A model generated the notes under the pieces. The model did not search any database and had not been told where the DNA came from. It saw only the letters and a program-made list of their open reading frames with translations. DNA of 64,000 bases, taken from the NCBI GenBank assembly GCA_039189765.1, contig JBCCYL010000001.1, positions 132,577 through 196,576 of the forward strand, in the 5' to 3' direction. The DNA is from Cyanobacteria bacterium P01_F01_bin.150. Its GTDB lineage: Bacteria; Cyanobacteriota; Cyanobacteriia; CAKZMO01. Below, piece by piece: positions 10,101 through 18,600 of this stretch; position 1 is the stretch's first letter; each line of letters opens with the position of its first letter. The position numbers were made by a program, and so were the translations under genes.

Positions 10101-11758
10101 ATACCTTCACATTGATTGATGGTAACGGTGGCCCTGGCGTTGGACCTACGGTTGGTCTCTCACTCAGTGACACTGAGCTAACGGAAGGTGATGGATTTAC
10201 CATCAACTTTGATGTGGATGGCGAGATTCCTGCTGAAGGATTGACTATTCTGGTGGATAGCCCAACTGTCTTTGCCTTGAGCGAATTCAATATCTTTGAT
10301 GCGGATGGTAATCCTGCCTTTGAGTCCACTGGTATTGCAGGTGTACCTCTTGTTGGCGATACCGGAGCGAGCAGCTTCTTGGTAACGTTGACGGAGCCAG
10401 ATGCCAGTATTACCATCACGACCTTTGAAGATGGTCCAAACGAAGGACTAGAGGAATTCAGCTACAGCATCGTAGATGGAGAAGTTTACGAGGTATCTGC
10501 TGATGCGGGTGAAGTATCCTTCACGATTGATGATGGCGGAACGCCTGAGCCAGAGCCTCCGACGGATTCCATTGAAGTTGTAGTTACTGTCGAAAACTTA
10601 TCTCCCAATGCAGGAACGTTTATAACCCCACTTTGGGTCGGCTTCCACAACGGTGAATTTGATATTTACAATCGCGGGGAAGCGGCTACTCCAGGGTTGG
10701 AAAGCCTAGCTGAAGACGGAAGTGCCGATCTTCTATCCGCAGATTTCGTCAATAGTGGGTTTGGTGCAGTGGATGGCGTTATTATTGGCCCTGAGGGATT
10801 GGGTGGTCCAATCGACCCAGGTGAAGTGACGTCTGCAACCTTTACCCTCGATCTAACTGCTGACAATAGCCAGTTCTTTAGCTATGCATCGATGATTCTG
10901 CCATCGAATGACGCCTTTATTGCCAATGGCGACCCGATGATTCATAGCCTATTTGATGAAGAGGGTAACTTTGTTGGTGTAGATTTCATTGTTGCAGGCA
11001 GTGAGGTTCTCGATGCAGGGACCGAGGTCAATGACGAATTGGCTGAGACGACGGCATTCTTCTCTCAAGCGGCACCGAACACGGGTGCAGATGAAAATGG
11101 AGTTGTCGAACTCCATCCAGGCTTTATTGAAGGAGGTAGAATCCTAAGCGAAGATGGCAGCACGGAGGGGGCACCAGCGGCCTTTACCAATGCTGACTTT
11201 ACCGCAGAGGGCTATCAGGTTGTTCGAATCACGGTAGAGGCAGTGACGTCTGAGCCTCCTGTGCCCCCTGCGCCTAGCACCAGCATCGACTTTGAGGATG
11301 ATACTTTAGACGTTGGCGAAGTGGTCACCGACCAGTTTGACGGATTAAGCGTGTCCGTTGCAGGCGATTTGGAGGCTATGATCTTTGACACGGCTAATCC
11401 AACTGGCGGAGATTACGACCTTCGCAGTGATGATTTAGGTAAGGTCTTGATCATCTCTGAGGATGGTGACTCCACTGACCCGGATGACAATATCAGGGGT
11501 GGTAAAGTGGAGTTTGATTGGAACAGCGGAGTCAGCCTTGATAGCATTGGCTTGCTTGATATGGAAGAGTCCGGTAGCACTATCACTCTGTTTGCTACTG
11601 ATGACACGACAGTGTTGGCAACGATCGAGATTCCAACCCTCGGCGACAACAGCTACCAGAGCCTTGACCTTGGTGTTGATGGCGTGGGTAAGATGGACGT
11701 CTACTTGGCCGGTAGTGGCGCGATCACCGAAATCATTGTTAGCGATAGCAATGCGTAA
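1148..11758 (+). CDS. P1: giant acidic repeat protein (~3536 aa) with Calx-beta/Ig-like repeats, four PPC-like domains, a Spondin_N domain and the shared C-terminal domain
   Basis: Start moved to ATG 1148 because AGGAG lies at 1138-1142 and MPVVSLSTSTNFSG aligns with the P3 start. Repeats follow VSLS..E.G...F.V.G.IP.GGL...ASITL.VFDD...E..E.F.F....G..Y.V. PPC motifs are DVDMYSVEL, DVDIYAITL, DVDMFAVQL and DVDMYSFDL, each followed by a GTYY[VI]G motif. Spondin motifs (TPLWVGFHNG, SMILPSNDAF, LDAGTEVNDE) lie at ~10570-11240. Confidence 0.9.
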   Translation: MPVVSLSTSTNFSGSENALIENEGTELTLTFSLDEPAPAGGLKVYVDSDVPEILNRLNLILLAFDPSRLSNLTASQAAFTDFSNSGFTATINAGATEASVTVPVFDTNESTPDPFFPDTYDGLTTATFTLKTRDQIDSVDETSPRGNTGNDLAAIENDGVPVSDYTIGTASSTVLFVDDVSQLPSDPTPTPPPTPPPTPPSPANGYDEATSGDISDNPSNPIELDLAEGTTQLSATTGGGDQEYVTVTVPDGTQLDSITVDSYSTGDVAFIGVQEGSTFTEPLDNSADVGELLGYALFDNGDEGTDILDNIGRGDGAEGFTGPLPSGTYTFALQQLGASSDYTLDFNVSEASAPTPTPPPTPTPTPPPSGPPVVSFEAVPATISEEAPAEDRLLRLEFSVAGEIPEGGLVVLFENLFGITDQADSEAEGAAFEGLGLAPPFDQENNIIGIRLLENQAAIQLPMINDLVEETTTFDFRLLEGEGYELDPDQNATLFTITDDNGGPGVGPTIGLSVSETNLAEGDTFTVNFAVDGTIPAGGIDVLVTSDESVAGPLGQFELSNLETLQLSGVSNLRPGDDRGQSFIATITEANASITLSVFDDIIAEEPVDIPFILANGELYEVDPNAADVTLTISDEPQPVGPTVGISLDKTDAVEGDSVTLSFNVEGDIPDGGLTVLVNDTTSARTGARSLTEFDIAGVQLSDGIDGFPIAAEGDSGFFVTLTAANASITLPVIDDGADEDEALEMFTFEVIDGEAYEVSADAGSVTLNISDAAPVAPTVSLSTDVTTLIESEGTIVTFTLETSGTLPEVVLDEDGDYVSGGLPVTLQIDSAQLEWFFDFDNNSRPRTNAETGSFNEVLVLGDNSTGIAGGRLIGTLLPPDFNTVELTLTESTASFQFEVFDDVFAEANEDITFTLLGGDGYEVAADATPVTLTLQDSPDGTIDGTTPVVSLSVDSTTVAEGDALTVTFNVTGDIPDGGLLVFVDSNASGVLGEFNPDEVVFTGLAAPPGPDTDAGGFAALISESTATITLPVFKDGLGEGVETYTFNIVDGEAYDPDPAASEVTLSIEETPPVISVDLVGGVFDGSDLLTPNLVEAPEAGTPVLSVVVQSDAPIPEEGLVVDINTDLADITEFVEGSNFVPTAFGGEVLGAIYDADGNATGLTVRMDAFNTVINFVGGLGLEGDGPHEVNFSVEPGAGYTPAADSAGITVYDTIDQVPAVTSVPEVGINIAEQRRPLSEGSGAITVDFTVTGDIPDEGVIVYVSTGERAGLGDFDLLNAGVVGGTFPPPDGNAGGFYFKITEPTASITLQAAVDDEIEGIEDVNIAIQPLSGYTIADGAGEATALLREGRGSEIQISLDGSPDVLVEEEGTVATVELSLSAPPPAEGIEVTIDAAEMIEFDPQTLTVSDGVIPVSANEDNTSFTILVQQQDVSLSVAIANDGEAEGLETATFSLAEGEDYQIDPEAGSSTFTIVDTAADIPAAPITESTRSSRDSIGDTIAEAESTGLSADNSRVTVQAAINGNFFNGDRVRTDTTEDVDMYSVELSAGDVLRLDIDAQINSDESPDTVLRLFDADGNQLAQSDDDFAPDELFAPGRRDSYIEFTAETAGTYYVGVSSFGNGLFDFWTNDDGTFDNDFYDPNVAGSGAGRSDGPYTLNLSLNEAPNAAETEIPASTGEGPTVSLSATAATYDSSDNLIASTLVQYTPEFRNASILTLSLDVDGEIPEGGVETYITTDVDLSTLFSTSQPFSSEGVEVLGAVYDDAGAPVGLKVNLTTASGFINLNLIDPEEAPTDGEGTITVTLEPAAGYTVGEGTFSATIYDTLDDVPDLPTVPTVSISVSETTLIESEGNTTTLTFELNEAPPAGGLTINVDSGVRAALGEFDVFNAEIEGGNFPSPNFRASGFFFTMTEQTATITLAAFDETTNPEISAENALEGIDEFTFTVQPGAGYAIAPNSNAVTVTIADNPDSVVLPDDDGNDDGGSDAGGLTESEFNDTIADAMDTGLSSTSPIFRVNGEIDNSRQTRNFVDATEDVDIYAITLEAGQVVILDVDGGGTGDAGVEGSLLDNILRVFDADGNEVAINENGGAPDEVFQANGDAYLEFEAPAAGTYYVGISNLGNNFYDPNVQASGSGWEFEDRFEPGPYRFTATLKGAVANDNDSVSGNDDTIANAQTLDLTADNPNILVEAAFEQRYLDRSNTVDATEDVDMFAVQLQAGDVITVDADSVLVDFDGFPSGPAPDITIFDANGDRVVIGQDENGEDIVAYSRIGGAPDEAFIAGRDGYIEFTAPETGTYYIGASQYRNDSYDANVVGSGSGAVFSPRFGVLAGGEYTLNIQLNPEGFTGDVYEAFDGTPADDAPTVSFTTTGGTFARGDVLVSDQIIESEDAGTAILDFTFNVDGEIPEGGLEVFVTSDTDMTTYFEGLSSNPRVAVGGEITGGLYNTAGELIGFKAVLTASNARFPYNAAHREDDDPTAPETLTFSLASGPAYQVDDSSSSSAVTFYDDLTQVQASGGPVPEVAIAVDTNELIESEGTELTLTVNVTGDIPAEGLLIAMDGQVPGTEDSARGFLGEFDVFNAEVTGGPFPSPNGSASGFFFRVFENTATIKLQVFDETTNDQIAPEDALEGVEDFTFSVLASDAYTIDATASSVDITIKDNPDSVPLTDDGGDGGNGGDGGATDGPITDNDGRSTIDDTIETANPTGLSPNQTEVSIEGSIAVRWRNAAEQRADNTEDVDMYSFDLAAGETVSIDAMSVPFELDGTTQVTAPTLRVFNAAGEELAISGSEVGGPVVADPSLEFTATEAGTYYVGVSQYLNDNYDPAVNASGDGVQLVDEGISPGEYTLNLSLTTDQPAVPVISINIEPDVLSEEDADDTLVSVGFNVDGEIPEGGLSVLVTGSVNILDQADGARDIVFDNAVLGEFFDPATGTFEVIVSDNSGAIILPILNDIIQEADEDYTFTIIENDGSIDSTYAVDADASTDTFTLIDGNGGPGVGPTVGLSLSDTELTEGDGFTINFDVDGEIPAEGLTILVDSPTVFALSEFNIFDADGNPAFESTGIAGVPLVGDTGASSFLVTLTEPDASITITTFEDGPNEGLEEFSYSIVDGEVYEVSADAGEVSFTIDDGGTPEPEPPTDSIEVVVTVENLSPNAGTFITPLWVGFHNGEFDIYNRGEAATPGLESLAEDGSADLLSADFVNSGFGAVDGVIIGPEGLGGPIDPGEVTSATFTLDLTADNSQFFSYASMILPSNDAFIANGDPMIHSLFDEEGNFVGVDFIVAGSEVLDAGTEVNDELAETTAFFSQAAPNTGADENGVVELHPGFIEGGRILSEDGSTEGAPAAFTNADFTAEGYQVVRITVEAVTSEPPVPPAPSTSIDFEDDTLDVGEVVTDQFDGLSVSVAGDLEAMIFDTANPTGGDYDLRSDDLGKVLIISEDGDSTDPDDNIRGGKVEFDWNSGVSLDSIGLLDMEESGSTITLFATDDTTVLATIEIPTLGDNSYQSLDLGVDGVGKMDVYLAGSGAITEIIVSDSNA

Positions 11759-11898
11759 TTGAGCTGCATTCCATTTCAGCTCACTGTGCTTTGCAGATGG
11801 AACAGACTTGACTGGGGTTATCTAAATGTCCTTTGCATTAAATAGCCTGAGTCAGACTGAACAACCCTCTGCCTAGCATCGTAATAACCACATTAGCT

Positions 11899-11945
11899 GG
11901 GACGTTTTTGCAGGGGGTGCCCCTTGCAGAAACGTCCCTATTTTA
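11899..11945 (+). terminator. Stem-loop, likely the terminator of P1
   Basis: GGGACGTTTTTGCAGGGGG-TG-CCCCTTGCAGAAACGTCCC followed by TATTTT. Confidence 0.65.
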
Positions 11946-12334
11946 ATGATAGGTCTACGGCTATAACCCTTTCACTTGTGAAAAATTTGCACAAATGATA
12001 CCAGTCGTCACACCCATAAGTATTGTTACGTAGGTTAAAATAGTATCCAAGAATTAGAAATCAGCTTTCTCAGTTGGAGCTCAGCAAACGCTAAGGTGGT
12101 TTCTAATATATATATGCAAAACTGTGGTACCGGCGATCGCTCCTTCCCTTTACAAATGGCCATTAGACCTGATACCTACAAATGGCTGGCGATCGCTCCC
12201 ATACCCAAAGTCTTTTGTTCTTGGCAATTGTTTCAAGAGCAAGACTCAGGCATGTACTCCTAAGATTTTTATTCTCTCTCAGTATTTTTACCAGCTTCAT
12301 AGTCTCTTTAAATAAAAAGCATCATCTTGCCAAT

Positions 12335-12389
12335 TCAGTGATGCTACTATATTCAGTGCAACACTATTGATAACGTTATTTCTCAGATA
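12335..12389 (+). promoter_or_regulatory. Putative extended -10 promoter (TGCTACTAT) and weak Fur-like site upstream of P2
   Basis: TCAGTGATGCTACTAT is identical to 31507-31522. It is followed by AGTGCAACACTATTGATAACGTTATTTCTCAG, which carries Fur-like half sites with non-canonical spacing. Confidence 0.45.
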
Positions 12390-12644
12390 GATTTTGATAT
12401 TCGTCAATCTCTTATAAACGTTCTCCTAGATCCCAGCCGAACCTAGTGGCTACCCCCCTGGCAGAATAAACTTTAGTCTGCCGGATTAATTGGCCGTAAA
12501 GCGATTGGCAAGTGGGAGACGAAAAGCTGCTAGTTTGTACTGCGCCAGCATGGGTTTATATGTATGGCGCTAGGCTGATTCGTCAAGCCGTATTGAAGTG
12601 GAAAAGTGTTTTTGCAATCTTGCATATTGGAGCAATAGCAGTAG

Positions 12645-15600
12645 ATGACAATAATTAATCTGAGCGCAAGTCCTACAACCCTAATTGAAGACCAGGGGAC
12701 GCGAGTTACCTTTCAAATCTCTTTGAGTGAGGCACCTCCTACTAATGGTTTACAGGTTAACTTTGGGACAGGTAAGGACAGAGGATTAGCGGACTTTTTG
12801 GTACTTCCTGCGGATGGTGCAGTATATGACGGAGCTTTCCCAGTTGCGTCTTTTCCCGATTTAAGTGGGGTTACTCTTCTGATTACCTCACAAAATCCGA
12901 CTATTTCATTCAACATTTTTGATGATGCTGATCTTCCGGCTGATGATCCAAATGCAACCGTCAATGATGATGTTGGAGAAGAGCAGACTACCTTCTCTAT
13001 TTTGCCTGGTGATGGCTACACCGTTGGTGATAATGGCTCCGTAACGCTAACGCTTCTAGATACGGAAGGTGCTGAAGGCGGTGAAGGTGCTGAAGGCGGT
13101 GAAGGTGCTGAAGGCGGTGAAGGTGCTGAAGGCGGTGAAGGTGCTGAAGGCGGTGAAGGTGCTGAAGGCGGCGAAGGTGCTGAAGGCGGCGAAGGTGCTG
13201 AAGGCGGTGAAGGTGCTGAAGGCGGTGAAGGTGCTGAAGGCGGCGAAGGTGCTGAAGGCGGCGAAGGTGCTGAAGGCGGTGAAGGCGGTGAAGGTGCTGA
13301 AGGCGGTGAAGGTGCTGAAGGCGGTGAAGGTGCTGAAGGCGGCGACGTCACCGTTAGCTTTAGTACGACCTCTGGTACCCTCAGCGAAGTCGATGGCCCT
13401 GCACTGGTACTCAACTTCAGTGTGGATGGCGAAATCCCTGAAGGTGGCATCACAGTCAACCTGGAAGGAGATACTGCCGAGATTCTCCAGCAGTTCTTGG
13501 CTCCAGATGGCGATGGTGCAGTCCAAACTCGAGTTACCGAAGAAGGCACTACCCTTTATCGCTTTGACACGTCGTTTGTCCCTGGCGCGGGAATTGAAGG
13601 CGGAACACTGGATGTGTTCTCCCTGGAAGATGGCGACCCAGCAGAAGACAACTCTAACCCAGCAGCAGCAGGGACTGGCTTCTTAAGCAACTTTAGCTTC
13701 ACCATCACCGAATCGACAGCTAGTATTACCTTGCCAGTGTCTGATGACATTGTCCAAGAGGCGGACCAAACTTTCAGCTACACACTTGTAGCAGGGGATG
13801 GTTACACCGTAGACCCAACTCAAAACTCAGGTACATTCACCGTAACGGATGGGGTCACTCCTGCCACATCCCCAACCGTTGGTGTTGTAGTTAGTGAAAC
13901 CAACCTAGTCGAAGAAGAGCAAACCAGAACAACGCTTACCTTCACCACAGCGGGAGACATCCCTGCTGAAGGACTGTTGGTTCAGTTGCAAGGACCAACC
14001 AGGGCCGTCGCTGAATTTGACGTTAATGGCACGAATAATACCCAGCCTCGTTTGCCGGAAGATGAATTAGAGGTAACTGGTCCGGTTGTCACCGGCGGTA
14101 ATATCGCTGGTACCGATGAAGTAGCCGGTTCGGTATTCTTCCGAATTGCAGAACCCACAGCATCTATAGATATCGCTGTCTTTGATGATGATGTGATTGA
14201 AGGCACTGAAAATCTGACCTTCACCCTAGTTGATGGCGAAGCCTATGAAGTTGACTCTGCGGCCAGCTCCATTGCAGTGACTATTACTGATAGTGATGGT
14301 TTTGAAGGTTACCAGCCTGGTGATGCAGCTAGATTAGTAACTCCCCCTGCTCCTGCTCCAACCAATCCTGGAGAACAAGCTAATGCTGACTTTGTAGATC
14401 AGCTTGAAGGTGAGGAACTTCTTGACGAACTACAAGACGGTGGTTATGTAATCTACTTCCGTCATGCCATGACCGAGCGCGACTTCGCGGATCAAGTCAC
14501 AGCAGATGTTAACGATTTTTCCACTCAGAGGGTACTGAGTGAGTTTGGTATACAACAATCCCTCGCTATCGGTGAAGGTTTTGAACTAGCTGAAATTCCT
14601 GTTGGCTCTGTAACCACTAGTGATTATGGCCGTGCTGTTAAGACTGCTGCGATCGCATTTGGTGAGTACCAGAAAGACTCTGCGCTGAACTTCCTGCCAT
14701 TTGAAGACTACACCGATGCACAAATCGAAGAGATGCGGGCTAATGTACTGCCTTTCTTGACTACAGAACCAGAAGCTGGAGAAAACAGCGTCATCGTTGG
14801 TCACGATGATCTCTTTGAGGCTGGAACGGGCATTTATCCTGATCCACAGGGTATTGCTTATATTCTTGACCCAGACGGTATGGGTGGTTTCGAAATTGTT
14901 GCTAACCTACTGCCTGAGGAATGGGTTGAGCTAGCTGAAGGCGGCGAAGGTGCTGAAGGTGGCGAAGGTGCTGAAGGTGGCGAAGGTGCTGAAGGTGGCG
15001 AAGGTGCTGAAGGTGGCGAAGGTGCTGAAGGCGGCGAAGGTGCTGAAGGCGGCGAAGGTGCTGAAGGCGGCGAAGGTGCTGAAGGTGGCGAAGGTGCTGA
15101 AGGTGGCGAAGGTGCTGAAGGTGGCGAAGGTGCTGAAGGTGGCGAAGGTGCTGAAGGTGGCGAAGGTGCTGAAGGTGGCGAAGGTGCTGAAGGCGGCGAA
15201 GGTGCTGAAGGCGGTGAAGGTGCTGAAGGCGGTGAAGGTGCTGAAGGCGGCGAAGGTGCTGAAGGTGGCGAAGGTGCTGAAGGCGGCGAAGGTGCTGAAG
15301 GCGGCGAAGGTGCTGAAGGCGGCGAAGGTGCTGAAGGCGGTGAAGGTGCTGAAGGCGGTGAAGGTGCTGAAGGCGGCGAAGGTGCTGAAGGCATCACCGT
15401 AGACATTAGCAGCAGTCCAAATGTTTTAGTTGAGGAAGATGGCACAAACCTAACTGTATCCTTTGAACTAAGTGAAGCGGCTCCAGCGGGTGGTCTACGG
15501 GTGTTCGTGGATAGCGATATTCCAGGAATCGTCAGCCGATTGAATCTACCTTTCTTTGCCTTTAACCCTCAGGTGGAGAATGTCGATCCGTCATCCTTCG

Positions 15601-18600
15601 TCACATCCTTTGATAACTCTGGATTTGCCCTCACTATTGATGAAGGATCAACTGGAGCATCTTTTACTATTCCAGTCTTCGATAATGCTGAGCCTGCTGA
15701 TATAGCCCCTGAAGTGTTCGATGGGCTAGTTGAAGCTACGTTCACGCTGCAAACAGAGGTCAGCACTGAAGATCAGACTGATGTTGGTACTCTAGGTGAT
15801 TACAGTGTTGGCGATGGAGTAACAGCCGTTGTTTTCGCAGACACAGCTAGTCAGCTTGAAGGCGCTGAAGGCGGTGAAGGTGCTGAAGGCGGTGAAGGTG
15901 CTGAAGGCGGTGAAGGTGCTGAAGGCGGTGAAGGCGGTGAAGGTGCTGAAGGCGGTGAAGGTGCTGAAGGCGGCGAAGGTGCTGAAGGCGGCGAAGGTGC
16001 TGAAGGCGGCGAAGGTGCTGAAGGCGGCGAAGGTGCTGAAGGCGGCGACGTCACCGTTAGCTTTAGTACTACCTCTGGTACCCTCAGCGAAGTAGATGGT
16101 CCCGCACTGGTATTGAACTTCAGTGTGGATGGCGAAATCCCTGAAGATGGCGTTACAGTCAACATAGAAGGGGATACTGTAGAGATTCTTCAACAGTTCT
16201 TGGCTCCAGATGGCGATGGTGCAGTGCAAACTCGGGTTACCGATCAGGGCACTACCCTTTATCGTTTTGACACTTCCTTCGGTCCTGATGCGGGACTTGA
16301 AGGTGGAACGCTGGATGTATTCTCCCTGGAAGATGGCGACCCAGCGGAAGACAACTCCGACCCAGCGGCAGCCGGAACAGGTTTCTTGAGCAACTTTAGC
16401 TTCACCATCACCGAATCGACAGCTAGCATTACCTTGCCAGTGTCTGATGATATTGTTCAAGAGGCAGACCAGACCTTTAGCTACACACTTGTAGAAGGGG
16501 ATGGTTACACCGTAGACCCAACTCAAAACTCAGGTACATTCACCGTCACCGATGGAGTCACTCCTGCTACATCACCAACCGTTGGTGTTACAGTCAGTGA
16601 AGCCAACCTAGTCGAAAACGAGCAAACCAGAACAACACTTACCTTCACTACTGAGGGGGATATCCCTGCTGAAGGGCTGCTGGTTCAGCTACAAGGATCG
16701 GCCAGAGCCGTTGCTGAGTTTGACGTGAATGGCACGAATAATACCCAACCTCGTTTGCCGGAAGATGAGTTAGAGGTAACAGGTCCTATTGTCACAGGCG
16801 GTAACATTGCTGGTACCGATGAGGTAGCCGGTTCGGTATTCTTCCGAATTACAGAACCTACAGCAACCATAGATATCGCTGTCTTCGATGATATTGTGGC
16901 TGAAGGCACTGAGAACTTGACCTTCAACCTAGTTGATGGCGAAGCCTATGAGGTTGACTCTGCAGCTAGCTCCATTGATGTGACTATCGTTGATGACAAC
17001 GGCGACCTTGACGACGTCACCGTTAGCTTTAGCACCACTTCTGGCATCCTTAGTGAAGTCGATGGCCCTGCCTTGGTGCTGAACTTCAGTGTGGATGGCG
17101 AAATCCCTGACGGTGGTGTCACAGTCAACCTGGAAGGGGACACTGCAGAAATTCTGCAGCAGTTCTTGGCTCCGGATGGCGATGGTGCGGTTCAAACTCG
17201 GGTTACCGATGAAGGCACTACCCTTTATCGCTTTGATACCTCCTTTGGCCCTGATGCGGGACTTGTAGGTGGAACACTGGACGTATTCTCCCTAGAAGAT
17301 GGTGACCCAGCGGAAGACAACTCTGATCCAGCGGCAGCCGGAACAGGCTTCTTGAGCAACTTTAGCTTCACTATCACTGAGGCAACAGCCAGCATTACCT
17401 TGCCAGTGTCGGATGACATTGTTCAAGAGGCGGACCAAACCTTTAGCTACACACTCGTAGCAGGGGATGGTTACATCGTAGACCCAACTCAAAATTCAGG
17501 GACATTCACCGTCACTGATGGGGTCACTCCTGCCACATCGCCAACCGTCGGTGTTGCAATCAGTGAAACCAACTTAGTTGAAGACGAGCAAACCAGAACA
17601 ACGATTACCTTCACCACAGAAGGAGACATCCCTGCCGAAGGACTGTTGGTTCAGCTGCAGGGTTCTGCCAGAGCCATCGCTGAGTTTGATGTGAATGGCA
17701 CAAATAACACCCAGCCTCGTTTGCCAGAAGGCGAATTAGAGGTAACGGGTCCTGTTGTCACAGGCGGTAATATCGCTGGTACTGACGAAGTAGCCGGTTC
17801 AGTGTTCTTCCGAATTACAGAATCTACAGCATCAATAGACGTCGCTGTCTTTGATGATGATGTGGAAGAAGGCACTGAGAATCTGACCTTTACACTAGTG
17901 GATGGTGAAGCCTATGAGGTTGACTCTGCGGCCAGCTCCATTGCAGTGACTATCGAGGATGGTGATAGCTTTGAGGGTTACCAGCCTGGTGACGCTGCTA
18001 GATTAGTCACTCCTCCTGCTCCTGCTCCAACAAATGAGGGAGAGCAAGCTAATGCTGACTTTGTCGATGTATTAGAAGGTGAAGAACTCCTGGATGAGCT
18101 ACAAGACGGTGGGTACGTAATCTACTTCCGTCATGCCATGACAGAGCGCGACTTCGCGGATCAGGTCACAGCAAATGTCGATGACTTCTCTACTCAAAGG
18201 GTTGTCAGTGAATTCGGAGTCCAGCAATCCCTGGCCATTGGCGAAGGATTTGAGGCAGCCGAGATTCCCGTTGGTTCTGTAACCACCAGTGACTATGCTC
18301 GTGCAATTGAAACTGCGGCGATCGCGTTCGGTGAGTATCAGAAGGATTCTGCACTGAACTTCCTGCCGTTTGAGGACTACACTGATGCGCAAATCGAAGA
18401 GATGCGGGCTAATGTGCTGCCTTTCTTAACGGCGGAACCAGAAGCCGGTACAAACAGCGTCATCGTTGGTCACGACGATCTCTTTGAAGCTGGAACGGGC
18501 ATCTATCCTGATCCTCAGGGTATTGCTTACGTTCTTGACCCCGATGGTGACGGTGGTTTTGAGATTGTTGCCAACCTATTGCCTGAAGAGTGGATTGAAC

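Noticed and set aside
11977..11993. CRP site TGTGA-N-GCACA
   Set aside because: The spacer is 7 nt rather than 6, and the second copy at 20141 lacks TGTGA. It is kept only as an unassigned motif.
13065..16046. Possible CRISPR array
   Set aside because: The units are head-to-tail 18-mers with no unique spacers, lie in frame within a CDS, and no cas genes are present.
13016..16526. Alternative-frame ORFs such as (PSAPSP)n, (AFSTFT)n and (LKAVKV)n
   Set aside because: They are shadows of the stop-free 18-bp repeat inside P2 and have no independent RBS or domain signal.
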